Assembly (NCBI GenBank): GCA_964016885.1
Contig: OZ024766.1
Coordinates: 6,882,001 to 6,946,000, forward strand
Source: Eledone cirrhosa
Lineage: Eukaryota
Direction of reading: 5' to 3'
DNA: 64,000 nt
Shown here: in pieces, positions 54,441 to 64,000 of the stretch
Layout: every line of letters begins with the position of its first letter
How positions within the stretch are numbered: the stretch's first letter is position 1
Made by a program: the position numbers and the translations under genes
The notes under the pieces: generated by a model
What the model was told of the DNA's origin: nothing
Databases searched by the model: none
What the model saw: the letters and a program-made list of their open reading frames with translations, nothing else

Positions 54441-54644
54441 TAGAGAAGGGAGGGTGGGGGGTTAGAAAAAGGGAGGCGTTGTTGTTTTTTTTTTTAGAAA
54501 AGGGAGTTTGATTTCTTTGTGGGAGCAGGTGTTTTTTGTGATTCGGGGATGTTTGGGGGATTTTGGGGGGTGGGGAGGTATGTAAGGGCTGGAATACTCA
54601 GCCATTCTGTGTATCATTGTTTTGTTATTTCTAATGAGGTTCCA

Positions 54645-55060
54645 ATCTCACTCGAGGCTTCACTCACACTCAAAGCTTCAAGCTCCACTCACACTCTAGG
54701 CTTCACGCTCCACTCACACTCGAGGCTTCAAGCTCCACTTTACACTCGAGGCTTCAAGCTCCACTTTACACTCAAAGCTTCAAGCTCCACTCGCACTCAA
54801 AGCTTCAAGCTCCACTCGCACTCAAAGCTTCAAGCTCCACTCACACTCGAAGCTTCAAGCTCCACTCACACTCGAGGCTTCACTCGCACTCGAGGCTTCA
54901 CTCACACTCAAAGCTTCAAGCTCCACTCACACTCTAGGCTTCACGCTCCACTCACACTCGAGGCTTCAAGCTCCACTTTACACTCGAGGCTTCAAGCTCC
55001 ACTTTACACTCAAAGCTTCAAGCTCCACTCACACTCAAAGCTTCAAGCTCCACTCACACT
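54645..55060. repeat. Short-period minisatellite running into the exon-18 acceptor
   Basis: Unit similar to cactcacactcaaagcttcaagctc. Confidence 0.85.
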
Positions 55061-55087
55061 TGACATCTCACACTCTCTACCCTACAG

Positions 55088-55182
55088 GATTACCTAGTCC
55101 TGGTGCCTCAGCATTACTATGAGGCGACAGTCTTACAAGACCGCATCAGCAAGCAGTGTCCCCTTGGCAGTGACAAAGGACC
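55088..55182 (+). CDS. LanA: Laminin alpha exon 18 (L4/LF)
   Basis: ctacag|DYLVLVPQHYYEATVLQDRISKQCPLGSDKG|gtaagt, 95 nt. Confidence 0.92.
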
Positions 55183-55249
55183 GTAAGTAGACCTTTCTAC
55201 ATCTTACCTCTCTCTCACTGTCCCTCTATTTACCTGCATACCAGCCTGC

Positions 55250-57592
55250 CTACCTCCCTCTATATTTCCAATCAATCTACCTATATATTTACCTGTATAT
55301 TTACCTGTATATTTACCTATATATTTACCTGTATATTTACCTGTATATTTACCTGTATATTTACCTGTATATTTACCTGTATATTTACCTGTATATTTAC
55401 CTGTATATTTACCTGTATATTTACCTGTATATTTACCTGTATATTTACCTGTATATTTACCTGTATATTTACCTGTATATTTACCTGTATATCTACCTAT
55501 ATATCTACCTCTATATTTACCTGTATATTTACCTATATATTTACCTGTATATTTACCTGTATATTTACCTGTATATTTACCTGTATATTTACCTGTATAT
55601 TTACCTGTATATTTACCTATATATTTACCTGTATATTTACCTGTATATTTACCTGTATATTTACCTGTATATTTACCTGTATATTGACCTACCTACCTAG
55701 TTCTCTCTATATTTCCAATCAATCTACCTGTATATTTACCTGTATATTTACCTCTATCTACCTACCTCCCTCTATATTTCCAATCAATCTGCCTGTATAT
55801 TTACCTGTATATCTACCTCTATATTTACCTGTATATCAACCAACCAACCTACCTCCCTCCCTCTAAATTTCCAATCAATCTACCTGTATATCTACCTCTA
55901 TATTTACCTCTATATTTACCTGTATATCAACCAACCAACCTACCTACCTCCCTCCCTCTAAATTTCCAATCAATCTACCTCTATATTTACCTGTATATCA
56001 ACCAACCAACCTACCTCCCTCCCTCTAAATTTCCAATCAATCTACCTCTACATTTACCTGTATATCAACCAACCAACCTACCTCCCTCTAAATTTCCAAT
56101 CAATCTACCTCTACATTTACCTGTATATCAACCAACCAACCTACCTACCTCCCTCTAAATTTCCAATCAATCTACCTCTACATTTACCTGTATATCAACC
56201 AACCAACCTACCTACCTCCCTCTAAATTTCCAATCAATCTACCTCTATATTTACCTGTATATCAACCAACCAACCTACCTCCCTCCCTCTAAATTTCCAA
56301 TCAATCTACCTCTATATTTACCTGTATATCAACCAACCAACCTACCTACCTACCTCTAAATTTCCAATCAATCTACCTCTATATTTACCTGTATATCAAC
56401 CAACCAACCTACCTACCTCCCTCTAAATTTCCAATCAATCTACCTCTATATTTACCTGTATATCAACCAACCAACCTACCTCCCTCCCTCTAAATTTCCA
56501 ATCAATCTACCTCTATATTTACCTGTATATCAACCAACCAACCTACCTACCTCCCTCTATATTTCCAATCAATCTACCTCTATATTTACCTGTATATCAA
56601 CCAACCAACCTACCTACCTCCCTCTAAATTTCCAATCAATCTACCTCTATATTTACCTGTATATCAACCAACCAACCTACCTCCCTCCCTCTAAATTTCC
56701 AATCAATCTACCTCTACATTTACCTGTATATCAACCAACCAACCTACCTCCCTCCCTCTAAATTTCCAATCAATCTACCTCTATATTTACCTGTATATCA
56801 ACCAACCAACCTACCTCCCTCCCTCTAAATTTCCAATCAATCTACCTCTACATTTACCTGTATATCAACCAACCAACCTACCTACCTCCCTCTAAATTTC
56901 CAATCAATCTACCTCTACATTTACCTGTATATCAACCAACCAACCTACCTACCTCCCTCTAAATTTCCAATCAATCTACCTCTACATTTACCTGTATATC
57001 AACCAACCAACCTACCTACCTCCCTCTAAATTTCCAATCAATCTACCTCTATATTTACCTGTATATCAACCAACCAACCTACCTCCCTCCCTCTAAATTT
57101 CCAATCAATCTACCTCTATATTTACCTGTATATCAACCAACCAACCTACCTACCTCCCTCTAAATTTCCAATCAATCTACCTCTATATTTACCTGTATAT
57201 CAACCAACCAACCTACCTACCTCCCTCTAAATTTCCAATCAATCTACCTCTATATTTACCTGTATATTTACCTGTATATCAACCAACCAACCTACCTACC
57301 TCCCTCTAAATTTCCAATCAATCTACCTCTACATTTACCTGTATATCAACCAACCAACCTACCTACCTACCTCCCTCCCTCTAAATTTCCAATCAATCTA
57401 CCTCTATATTTACCTCTATATTTACCTGTATATCAACCAACCAACCTACCTACCTCCCTCTAAATTTCCAATCAATCTACCTCTATATTTACCTGTATAT
57501 CAACCAACCAACCAACCTACCTATCTCCCTCTATATTTCCAATCAATCTACCTCTATATTTACCTGTATATTTACCTGTATATTTACCTGTA
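55250..57592. repeat. 12-bp (tatatttacctg)n array followed by a compound array of about 60-66 bp
   Basis: Directly visible periodicity that ends at the exon-19 acceptor. Confidence 0.9.
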
Positions 57593-57599
57593 CCTACAG

Positions 57600-57765
57600 G
57601 TGTCTCCACTACAAATATCCAGAACTGAAATCCTTCTCCACTATTCTTGGAATCCAAGCCTATGTTGAGAAGAATGGTAAGAGATCACCTGCAAACATCT
57701 TCTCTAACGATACAGTAGTGTCAGAGCTGAAGATCAAAGGGCTCGTTGACCTTAACGAGAATCAG
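57600..57765 (+). CDS. LanA: Laminin alpha exon 19 (L4/LF)
   Basis: ctacag|[21 protein letters not shown]...[11 protein letters not shown]|gtgagt, 166 nt, phases match neighbours. Confidence 0.88.
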
Positions 57766-57891
57766 GTGAGTCATATGTATATACATACATATACACATGT
57801 GAACATATCTCTCTATATGTGTATATATATATATTTATATATATACATATATATGTGTGTATATATATATATTTATATATATATATACATA

Positions 57892-57979
<88 letters not shown>

Positions 57980-58005
57980 TATATGTTTATATATATATAT
58001 ACACA

Positions 58006-58045
<40 letters not shown>

Positions 58046-58063
58046 TATGTATGTATATATATA

Positions 58064-58103
<40 letters not shown>

Positions 58104-58174
58104 TGTGTATATATATATATATATACACATATATATGTATATATATACACACACATATGTATATATATACACAC

Positions 58175-58235
<61 letters not shown>

Positions 58236-58243
58236 TACACATA

Positions 58244-58307
<64 letters not shown>

Positions 58308-58336
58308 TATGTATATATATGTGTATATATATATAT

Positions 58337-58401
<65 letters not shown>

Positions 58402-58470
58402 TACACATATATATGTATATATATATATATACATATATACACATATATATGGGTATATATATATATACAC

Positions 58471-58505
<35 letters not shown>

Positions 58506-58612
58506 TGTATATATATATATATACACACATATATATATACACATACACACATACACACACATACACATACATATATACACATATACATATATATATATAT
58601 CTCCACTTCTAG

Positions 58613-58767
58613 AAGAAACTGAAGTTTGATGTTGAAGTTCCCCGACCCGGGATCTACATCCTGGTCACTAATTACTACAACCCTGGTAAAAGCAAGCATA
58701 CTACTATCCAGGTTCAGGGCCCTTCAGGCATATCCGGTAGTCTGGTTCTGTTAGAGTGTAGCTACAG
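58613..58767 (+). CDS. LanA: Laminin alpha exon 20 (L4/LF)
   Basis: ttctag|[25 protein letters not shown]...LVLLECSY|gtaagt, 155 nt. The acceptor is NAGNAG (TAG/AAG). Confidence 0.88.
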
Positions 58768-58961
58768 GTAAGTGTGATTGTCTGTCTCTCTGTCTCTCTG
58801 TATGTCTGTCTGTATGTCATATATATATATATATGTGTATATATGTATGTATATATGTATATATATATATACATGTATGTATGTATATATATATATATAC
58901 GTATGTGTGTGTATATATATATATATATATGTATGTGTGTATATATATATATATATATATG

Positions 58962-59056
<95 letters not shown>

Positions 59057-59201
59057 ATATATATATGTGTATATATGTATGTATATATGTATATATATAT
59101 ATACATGTATGTATGTATATATATATATATATGTGTGTGTTTATATATGTGTATGTATATATATATATATATGTATGTATATATATATATATACACATGT
59201 G

Positions 59202-59259
<58 letters not shown>

Positions 59260-59457
59260 TATACACATACATATATATATACACACATACATATATATAT
59301 ATATACATATATACATACATATATACACATACATATATACATATATATGTATATATATCCACATACACACACATATATACACATACTCACACATATATAC
59401 ACATACACACACATATATACACATACATATGAGTATATATATACAATCTCTTTGCAG

Positions 59458-59569
59458 CACCTTGTGTCGTCAAGTTGCCAAGGTAGACAACAACACAGGG
59501 TTCTTCAATTTCACCTCCACAACTGGAACTGTCACCCTCTTGGTGGACAAGAAAATTAACGCCTTCATT
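59458..59569 (+). CDS. LanA: Laminin alpha exon 21 (L4/LF)
   Basis: ttgcag|[37 protein letters not shown]|gtacgt, 112 nt. It completes the C.YS.LCRQV motif. Confidence 0.88.
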
Positions 59570-59596
59570 GTACGTATATATTTATCTATTCCACCC

Positions 59597-59629
<33 letters not shown>

Positions 59630-59631
<2 letters not shown>

Positions 59632-59937
59632 GTCTATCAACATCACTCTTCTTATGAAATATACTGTAGTTAGTCATTAATTTCCTTGTTTTTCTATCCA
59701 GTTCTTTTTGTTCATTTACATTCCATTCAAGAATTCCAACACTGTAACTAATAATAGACACAGTCCTCTATGCTAAAACCTCTTCCTCCAGATTTCGTTA
59801 AGCAGAGTCTATCAACATGACTCTTCTTATGAAATATACTGTAGTTAGTCATTAATTTCCTTGTTTTCTATCCAGTTCTTTTTGTTCATTTACATTCCAT
59901 TCAAGAATTTCAAAACTGTAACTAATAATAGACACAG
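59630..59937 (-). mobile_element. R4/Dong-clade RT-thumb fragment, duplicated
   Basis: The minus strand encodes [43 protein letters not shown] and DRLCLTKSGGRG. Confidence 0.7.
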
Positions 59938-60072
59938 CTCAAAAATGTTCTGCACTTCTGGCATTTCTACTGTTTGGATGTGATTTTAGTATGTTCCTGA
60001 CTCTCCTTATGTATTCAGATCTTTATCATTATTCATTATTATTTATCATTATTATTATTATTATTATTATAG

Positions 60073-60155
60073 GAATCTGTGACAGCCATTCCATTCTCAG
60101 AGTGGAACCAAGGTTATATCAAACCAACCATCGTCTGTATCAAAGTTAACGGAGT
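60073..60155 (+). CDS. LanA: Laminin alpha exon 22 (L4/LF)
   Basis: ttatag|ESVTAIPFSEWNQGYIKPTIVCIKVNG|gtaagt, 83 nt. Confidence 0.88.
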
Positions 60156-60163
60156 GTAAGTGT

Positions 60164-60225
<62 letters not shown>

Positions 60226-60227
<2 letters not shown>

Positions 60228-60575
60228 AAATTGCTGGCCTTGTGCCTAAATCAGAAAAACCATTATTATTATTATTATTATTATTTTGAAAAGCTCAGCG
60301 GGATTTGAACTCAGAACAGCGCGGAGTTACGGCCCTTTACAATCTGAGTTCAAATCTTGCCGAGGTTAGCTTTGCCTTTCATCCTCGAAGGGTCTATAAA
60401 ATAAAGCACCAGTAATACACTGGGGTTGATTTTCTCGGCTTTCCCCCCACTTTCCTCCCCAAAATTGCTGGCCTTGTGCCTAAAATGAAAACTATTATTA
60501 TTATTATTATTATTATTAAAGTACCAGTAATGCACTGGGGTAATTGCTGGCCTTGTGCCTAAAGTAGAAACAATT
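60226..60575 (-). mobile_element. SINE family C fragments
   Basis: Contains aattgctggccttgtgcctaaa and gagttcaaatcttgccgaggttagctttgcctttcatcc blocks; orientation is mixed. Confidence 0.55.
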
Positions 60576-61082
60576 ATTATTGTTGTTATTCCTTGAATCT
60601 CAGTCATTGATGTTGGTTAACTGGAAAGTCCGTTGGAATGAATATCAAGCCACTACCTGCAGCCTCAGATATTCAGGACGTATCGGAGGGTTCTTGCTGT
60701 TCCAAGCAAGCATAACTTTTGAAGCGTTCCAAAAAGCGTGAAGGGGCCGATTTTCTTTAACCATCCCTGGAAACTTTTGGAGATAGTCCCCAGTGCGCCT
60801 ATGACAATCGGGATCACTTTGACTTCATGGCAGTTCCAGATCCTTTTCACCTCCCACTTTAGGTCCTGGTATCGGTTAATTTTCTCCCTCTCCTTCTCTT
60901 GCACTCTCGTGTCGAAAGGGCAGGCCACATCCACAATCAGACACGATCTTTTTTCTTTGTCCACAACCACCAGGTCAGGTCTATTGTGTTCCAGTTTTTT
61001 GTCCGTCTGTATCCTAAAATCCCACAAAATCCCACAGCACCTTCACCTGATTGTTCTCCATCACCGTCTCTGGCCTATGCTC
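60575..61082 (-). mobile_element. 5'-truncated R4/Dong-clade retrotransposon 3' end (restriction-like endonuclease) in (TAA)n
   Basis: ENNQVKVLWDF/RIQTDKKLEHNRPDLVVVDK...IVDVACPFD...KEREKINRYQDL...IPIVIGALG...LQKLCLLGTARTLR, flanked by TAA-type repeats. Confidence 0.88.
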
Positions 61083-61118
61083 ATTATTATTATTATTATT
61101 ATTATTTTTCAAAAACAG

Positions 61119-61263
61119 GTGTGCAGGTTCCCAGTATTCCAACCCAGCAGGTTTTGACCGGATTGAGGCCGAAAGTGAGCCAAACCAGTTCAGAATAGCC
61201 ACAGAACTGCCTCCAGATATATGGGACAAGTCAGTTGGTCTGGTCAAACTGAACAGCAGCATG
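61119..61263 (+). CDS. LanA: Laminin alpha exon 23 (L4/LF)
   Basis: aaacag|CAGSQYSNPAGFDRIEAESEPNQFRIATELPPDIWDKSVGLVKLNSSM|gtgagt, 145 nt. Confidence 0.85.
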
Positions 61264-61674
61264 GTGAGTATATTTACACGGGTGTGTAGATGCTACATAA
61301 TCATATTTATTGAATAATACGTATTTCTGTAACTTCAGTGTGTGTGTGTGTTTGTGTATATATGTTGTTACAGCTCACACCTATGCAGGTTTAGCTGGCC
61401 TCCTCCAAGGTATATCTTGGTGGAGGTGTCTTGGGTGTTTTAATGATAGGGACCCCAGTCCTATCATGTTACAGCTCACACCTATGCCGGTTTTGCAGGC
61501 CTCCTCCAAGGTATATTTCGTTGGAAGTGACTTGGGTGATTTAATGATAGGGACCCCAGTCCTATCATCTCATTTCTACAGCTGAGTTAGATGTGAGTCC
61601 AGAAATAGCCGTCGAAACGGCTTGAGCTCTGCCGTCGGGGTCTTGAATATTTTCCTATATATATACTGTATTAC

Positions 61675-61835
61675 AAGACCACGAAAAACATGGGTAGAGG
61701 TGGTGAGAGCTGACCTCAGATCGCTGAAGCTCACGGAGGAGATGATGAAGGACCGTGACGAATGGAAAGATGGTGTGCTGAAGAGGATCCATCCCACCCT
61801 TGCAAGCAGGGAAAAGCGGACATAAAATGATGATG
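61675..61835 (+). mobile_element. RTE LINE extreme 3' end
   Basis: RPRKTWVEVVRADL... followed by gcaagcagggaaaagcggac(ATG)n. Confidence 0.8.
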
Positions 61836-61878
61836 ATAACAACTTCATATATATACACACATAAATATATATATATAT

Positions 61879-62495
61879 GGAGGCACATGGCTTAGTGGTT
61901 AGAGCATTGGCCTTGCAATCGAAAGGTTGTGAGTTCAATTCCCAGACCGGGTGATGTGTTGTTTCCTTGAGCAAGACACTTTATTTCAAATTGCTCCAGT
62001 TTACTCAGCTGTAGAAATGAGATGATAGGGACTGGGGTCCCTATCATTCCACTGCAAAGTGGTCGTGGAGGTGCCACGGCAAAAAAGCACCCAGCACTCA
62101 CTGTAAAGTGGAGGTGCCACGGCAAAAAAGCACCCAGCACTCACTGCAAAGTGGTCGTGGAGGTGCCACAGTAAAAAAGCACCCAGCACTCACTGTAAAG
62201 TGGTCGTGGAGGTGCCACGGCAAAAAAGCACCCAGCACTCACTGTAAAGTGGACGTGGAGGTGCCATGGCAAAAAAGCACCCAGCACTCACTGCAAAGTG
62301 GTCGTGGAGGTGCCACGGCAAAAAAGCACCCAGCACTCACTGTAAAGTGGTCGTGGAGGTGCCATGGCAAAAAAGCACCCAGCACTCACTGCAAAGTGGT
62401 CGTGGAGGTGCCACAGTAAAAAAGCACCCAGCACTCACTGTAAAGTGGTCGTGGAGGTGCCACGGCAAAAAAGCACCCAGCACTCACTGTAAAGT
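61879..62495 (+). mobile_element. SINE family A with 49-bp array, 3' truncated
   Basis: Head as at 33935, followed by about 9 tandem units. Confidence 0.82.
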
Positions 62496-62583
62496 ATATC
62501 ATCAACCTATGGTGATTTTATAATCAGGGCAAAGGCCTTATGTTCACCCAAGTCCTTATCTTTGCTCTGTATGTCTTTAACAG

Positions 62584-62707
62584 CCATTGGACATGTATGG
62601 ACAGGTCAAGACTGGAGCACAGGTGCTAGTGGCCCATTATTATCAACCCAGCCAACCAGAGGCCAGAATTGAGGTGACCGTCTACTCCAAGGACAGAATA
62701 TACACTG
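62584..62707 (+). CDS. LanA: Laminin alpha exon 24 (L4/LF)
   Basis: taacag|PLDMYGQVKTGAQVLVAHYYQPSQPEARIEVTVYSKDRIYT|gtcagt, 124 nt, HYYQP motif. Confidence 0.88.
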
Positions 62708-63133
62708 GTCAGTATTGCTGCTACTACTATTGCTACTGCTACTGCTACTACTGCTATTACTACTACTGCTTCTACTACTACTTCTACTACTACTACTTCT
62801 ACTACTACTACTACTGCTGCTACTACTTCTACCACTACCACTACTACTACTACTACTACGACCACTAATATAACCACTACTACTACCACTACTGCTGCTG
62901 CTGCTACTACCACTACTATCACTACTACTACTACCACTACTACCACTACTACTACTATCACTACTACTACTACTACCACTACTACTACTACCACTACTAC
63001 TACCACCACTACCACCACTACTACTATTACTACTACTACTACTACTACTACTATCACTACTACTACTACTGCTACTACCACTACTACCACCACCACTACT
63101 ATTACTACCACTACTACTACTATTACCACTAAC

Positions 63134-63177
<44 letters not shown>

Positions 63178-63358
63178 TACTACTACTACTACCACCACTA
63201 CCACCACTACACTACTACTACTACTACTACTACCACTACTACCAAACATTTTTTTTTTCTAGGGGCTTTGTGCTTTAATCAGCATATTAAAATCAATAGT
63301 TAAATTTTTTAGGGGTTTTGTCCACCCCTAACTGAATCCTGTTTTTCTATATTTTTAG

Positions 63359-63504
63359 GGTACCTTAGCGCACACTTCTGCCCAAGTCAGACCGGTTGCC
63401 GAGGGATAATCACTCTTGGTGACAAGGGACAGTACCATGCGGATATTATTGACCCAGAGTTGAAAATTAGTTTAAATTCTTCTAGTGATGCTGACATTTG
63501 GCTG
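63359..63504 (+). CDS. LanA: Laminin alpha exon 25 (L4/LF); the gene continues beyond the window
   Basis: ttttag|YLSAHFCPSQTGCRGIITLG...SDADIWL|gtaagt, 146 nt, FCPS..GCR motif. Confidence 0.88.
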
Positions 63505-63578
63505 GTAAGTTGAACACATGCTTTCTGTCTGTCTCTCTGTCTGTCTGTCTGTCTCTCTGTCTCTCTGTCCATCTCTCT

Positions 63579-64000
63579 GTTATGTGAGGTAAAGCCTTTA
63601 CTGTGACAATACAATAGTATATATAGAGTTATGTAAATGTTATGTGAGATATTATGTGAGGTAAAGCCTTTACTGTGACAATACAATAGTATATATAGAG
63701 TTATGTAAATGTTATGTGAGATATTATGTGAGGTAAAGCCTTTACTGTGACAATACAATAGTATATATAGAGTTATGTAAATGTTATGTGAGATATTATG
63801 TGAGGTAAAGCCTTTACTGTGACAATACAATAGTATATATAGAGTTATGTAAATGTTATGTGAGATATTATGTGAGGTAAAGCCTTTACTGTGACAATAC
63901 AATAGTATATATAGAGTAATGTAAATGTTATGAGAGATATTATGTGAGGTAAAGCCTTTACTGTGAAAATACAATAGTATATATAGAGTAATGTAAATGT
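63579..64000 (-). repeat. 72-bp array of the piggyBac-type MITE family
   Basis: Reverse complement of the 26560-27630 unit. Confidence 0.88.

Overview
This is eukaryotic, microsatellite-saturated DNA. The SINE families resemble octopus repeats, so an octopod cephalopod is my inference. One gene runs on the + strand across the window: the 5' part of a laminin alpha-3/5-type gene (LanA/LAMA5-like). I could reconstruct 25 GT-AG exons with consistent phases from about 3920 to 63504, encoding a signal peptide, the LN domain, an LE (laminin-EGF) series and part of the L4/LF globular domain. Exon 10 carries a 1-nt frameshift. Exon 14 is preceded by seven truncated acceptor-plus-exon copies. The introns hold tRNA-derived SINEs (often blown up into minisatellites), RTE and R4/Dong LINE fragments, and piggyBac-type and mariner-type MITEs. 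The main hidden signal is about 15 type I hammerhead ribozyme motifs from about 10-12 unrelated sequence families. Most have palindromic helix III, some are U3-A8 or U4C core variants, and most lie about 45-140 nt upstream of a (TA)n tract. Three sit in long foldbacks. This pattern suggests Penelope-like or retrozyme-like elements that insert into TA microsatellites. All folds were read by eye and none were computed. Most ORFs in the supplied track are microsatellite artefacts.
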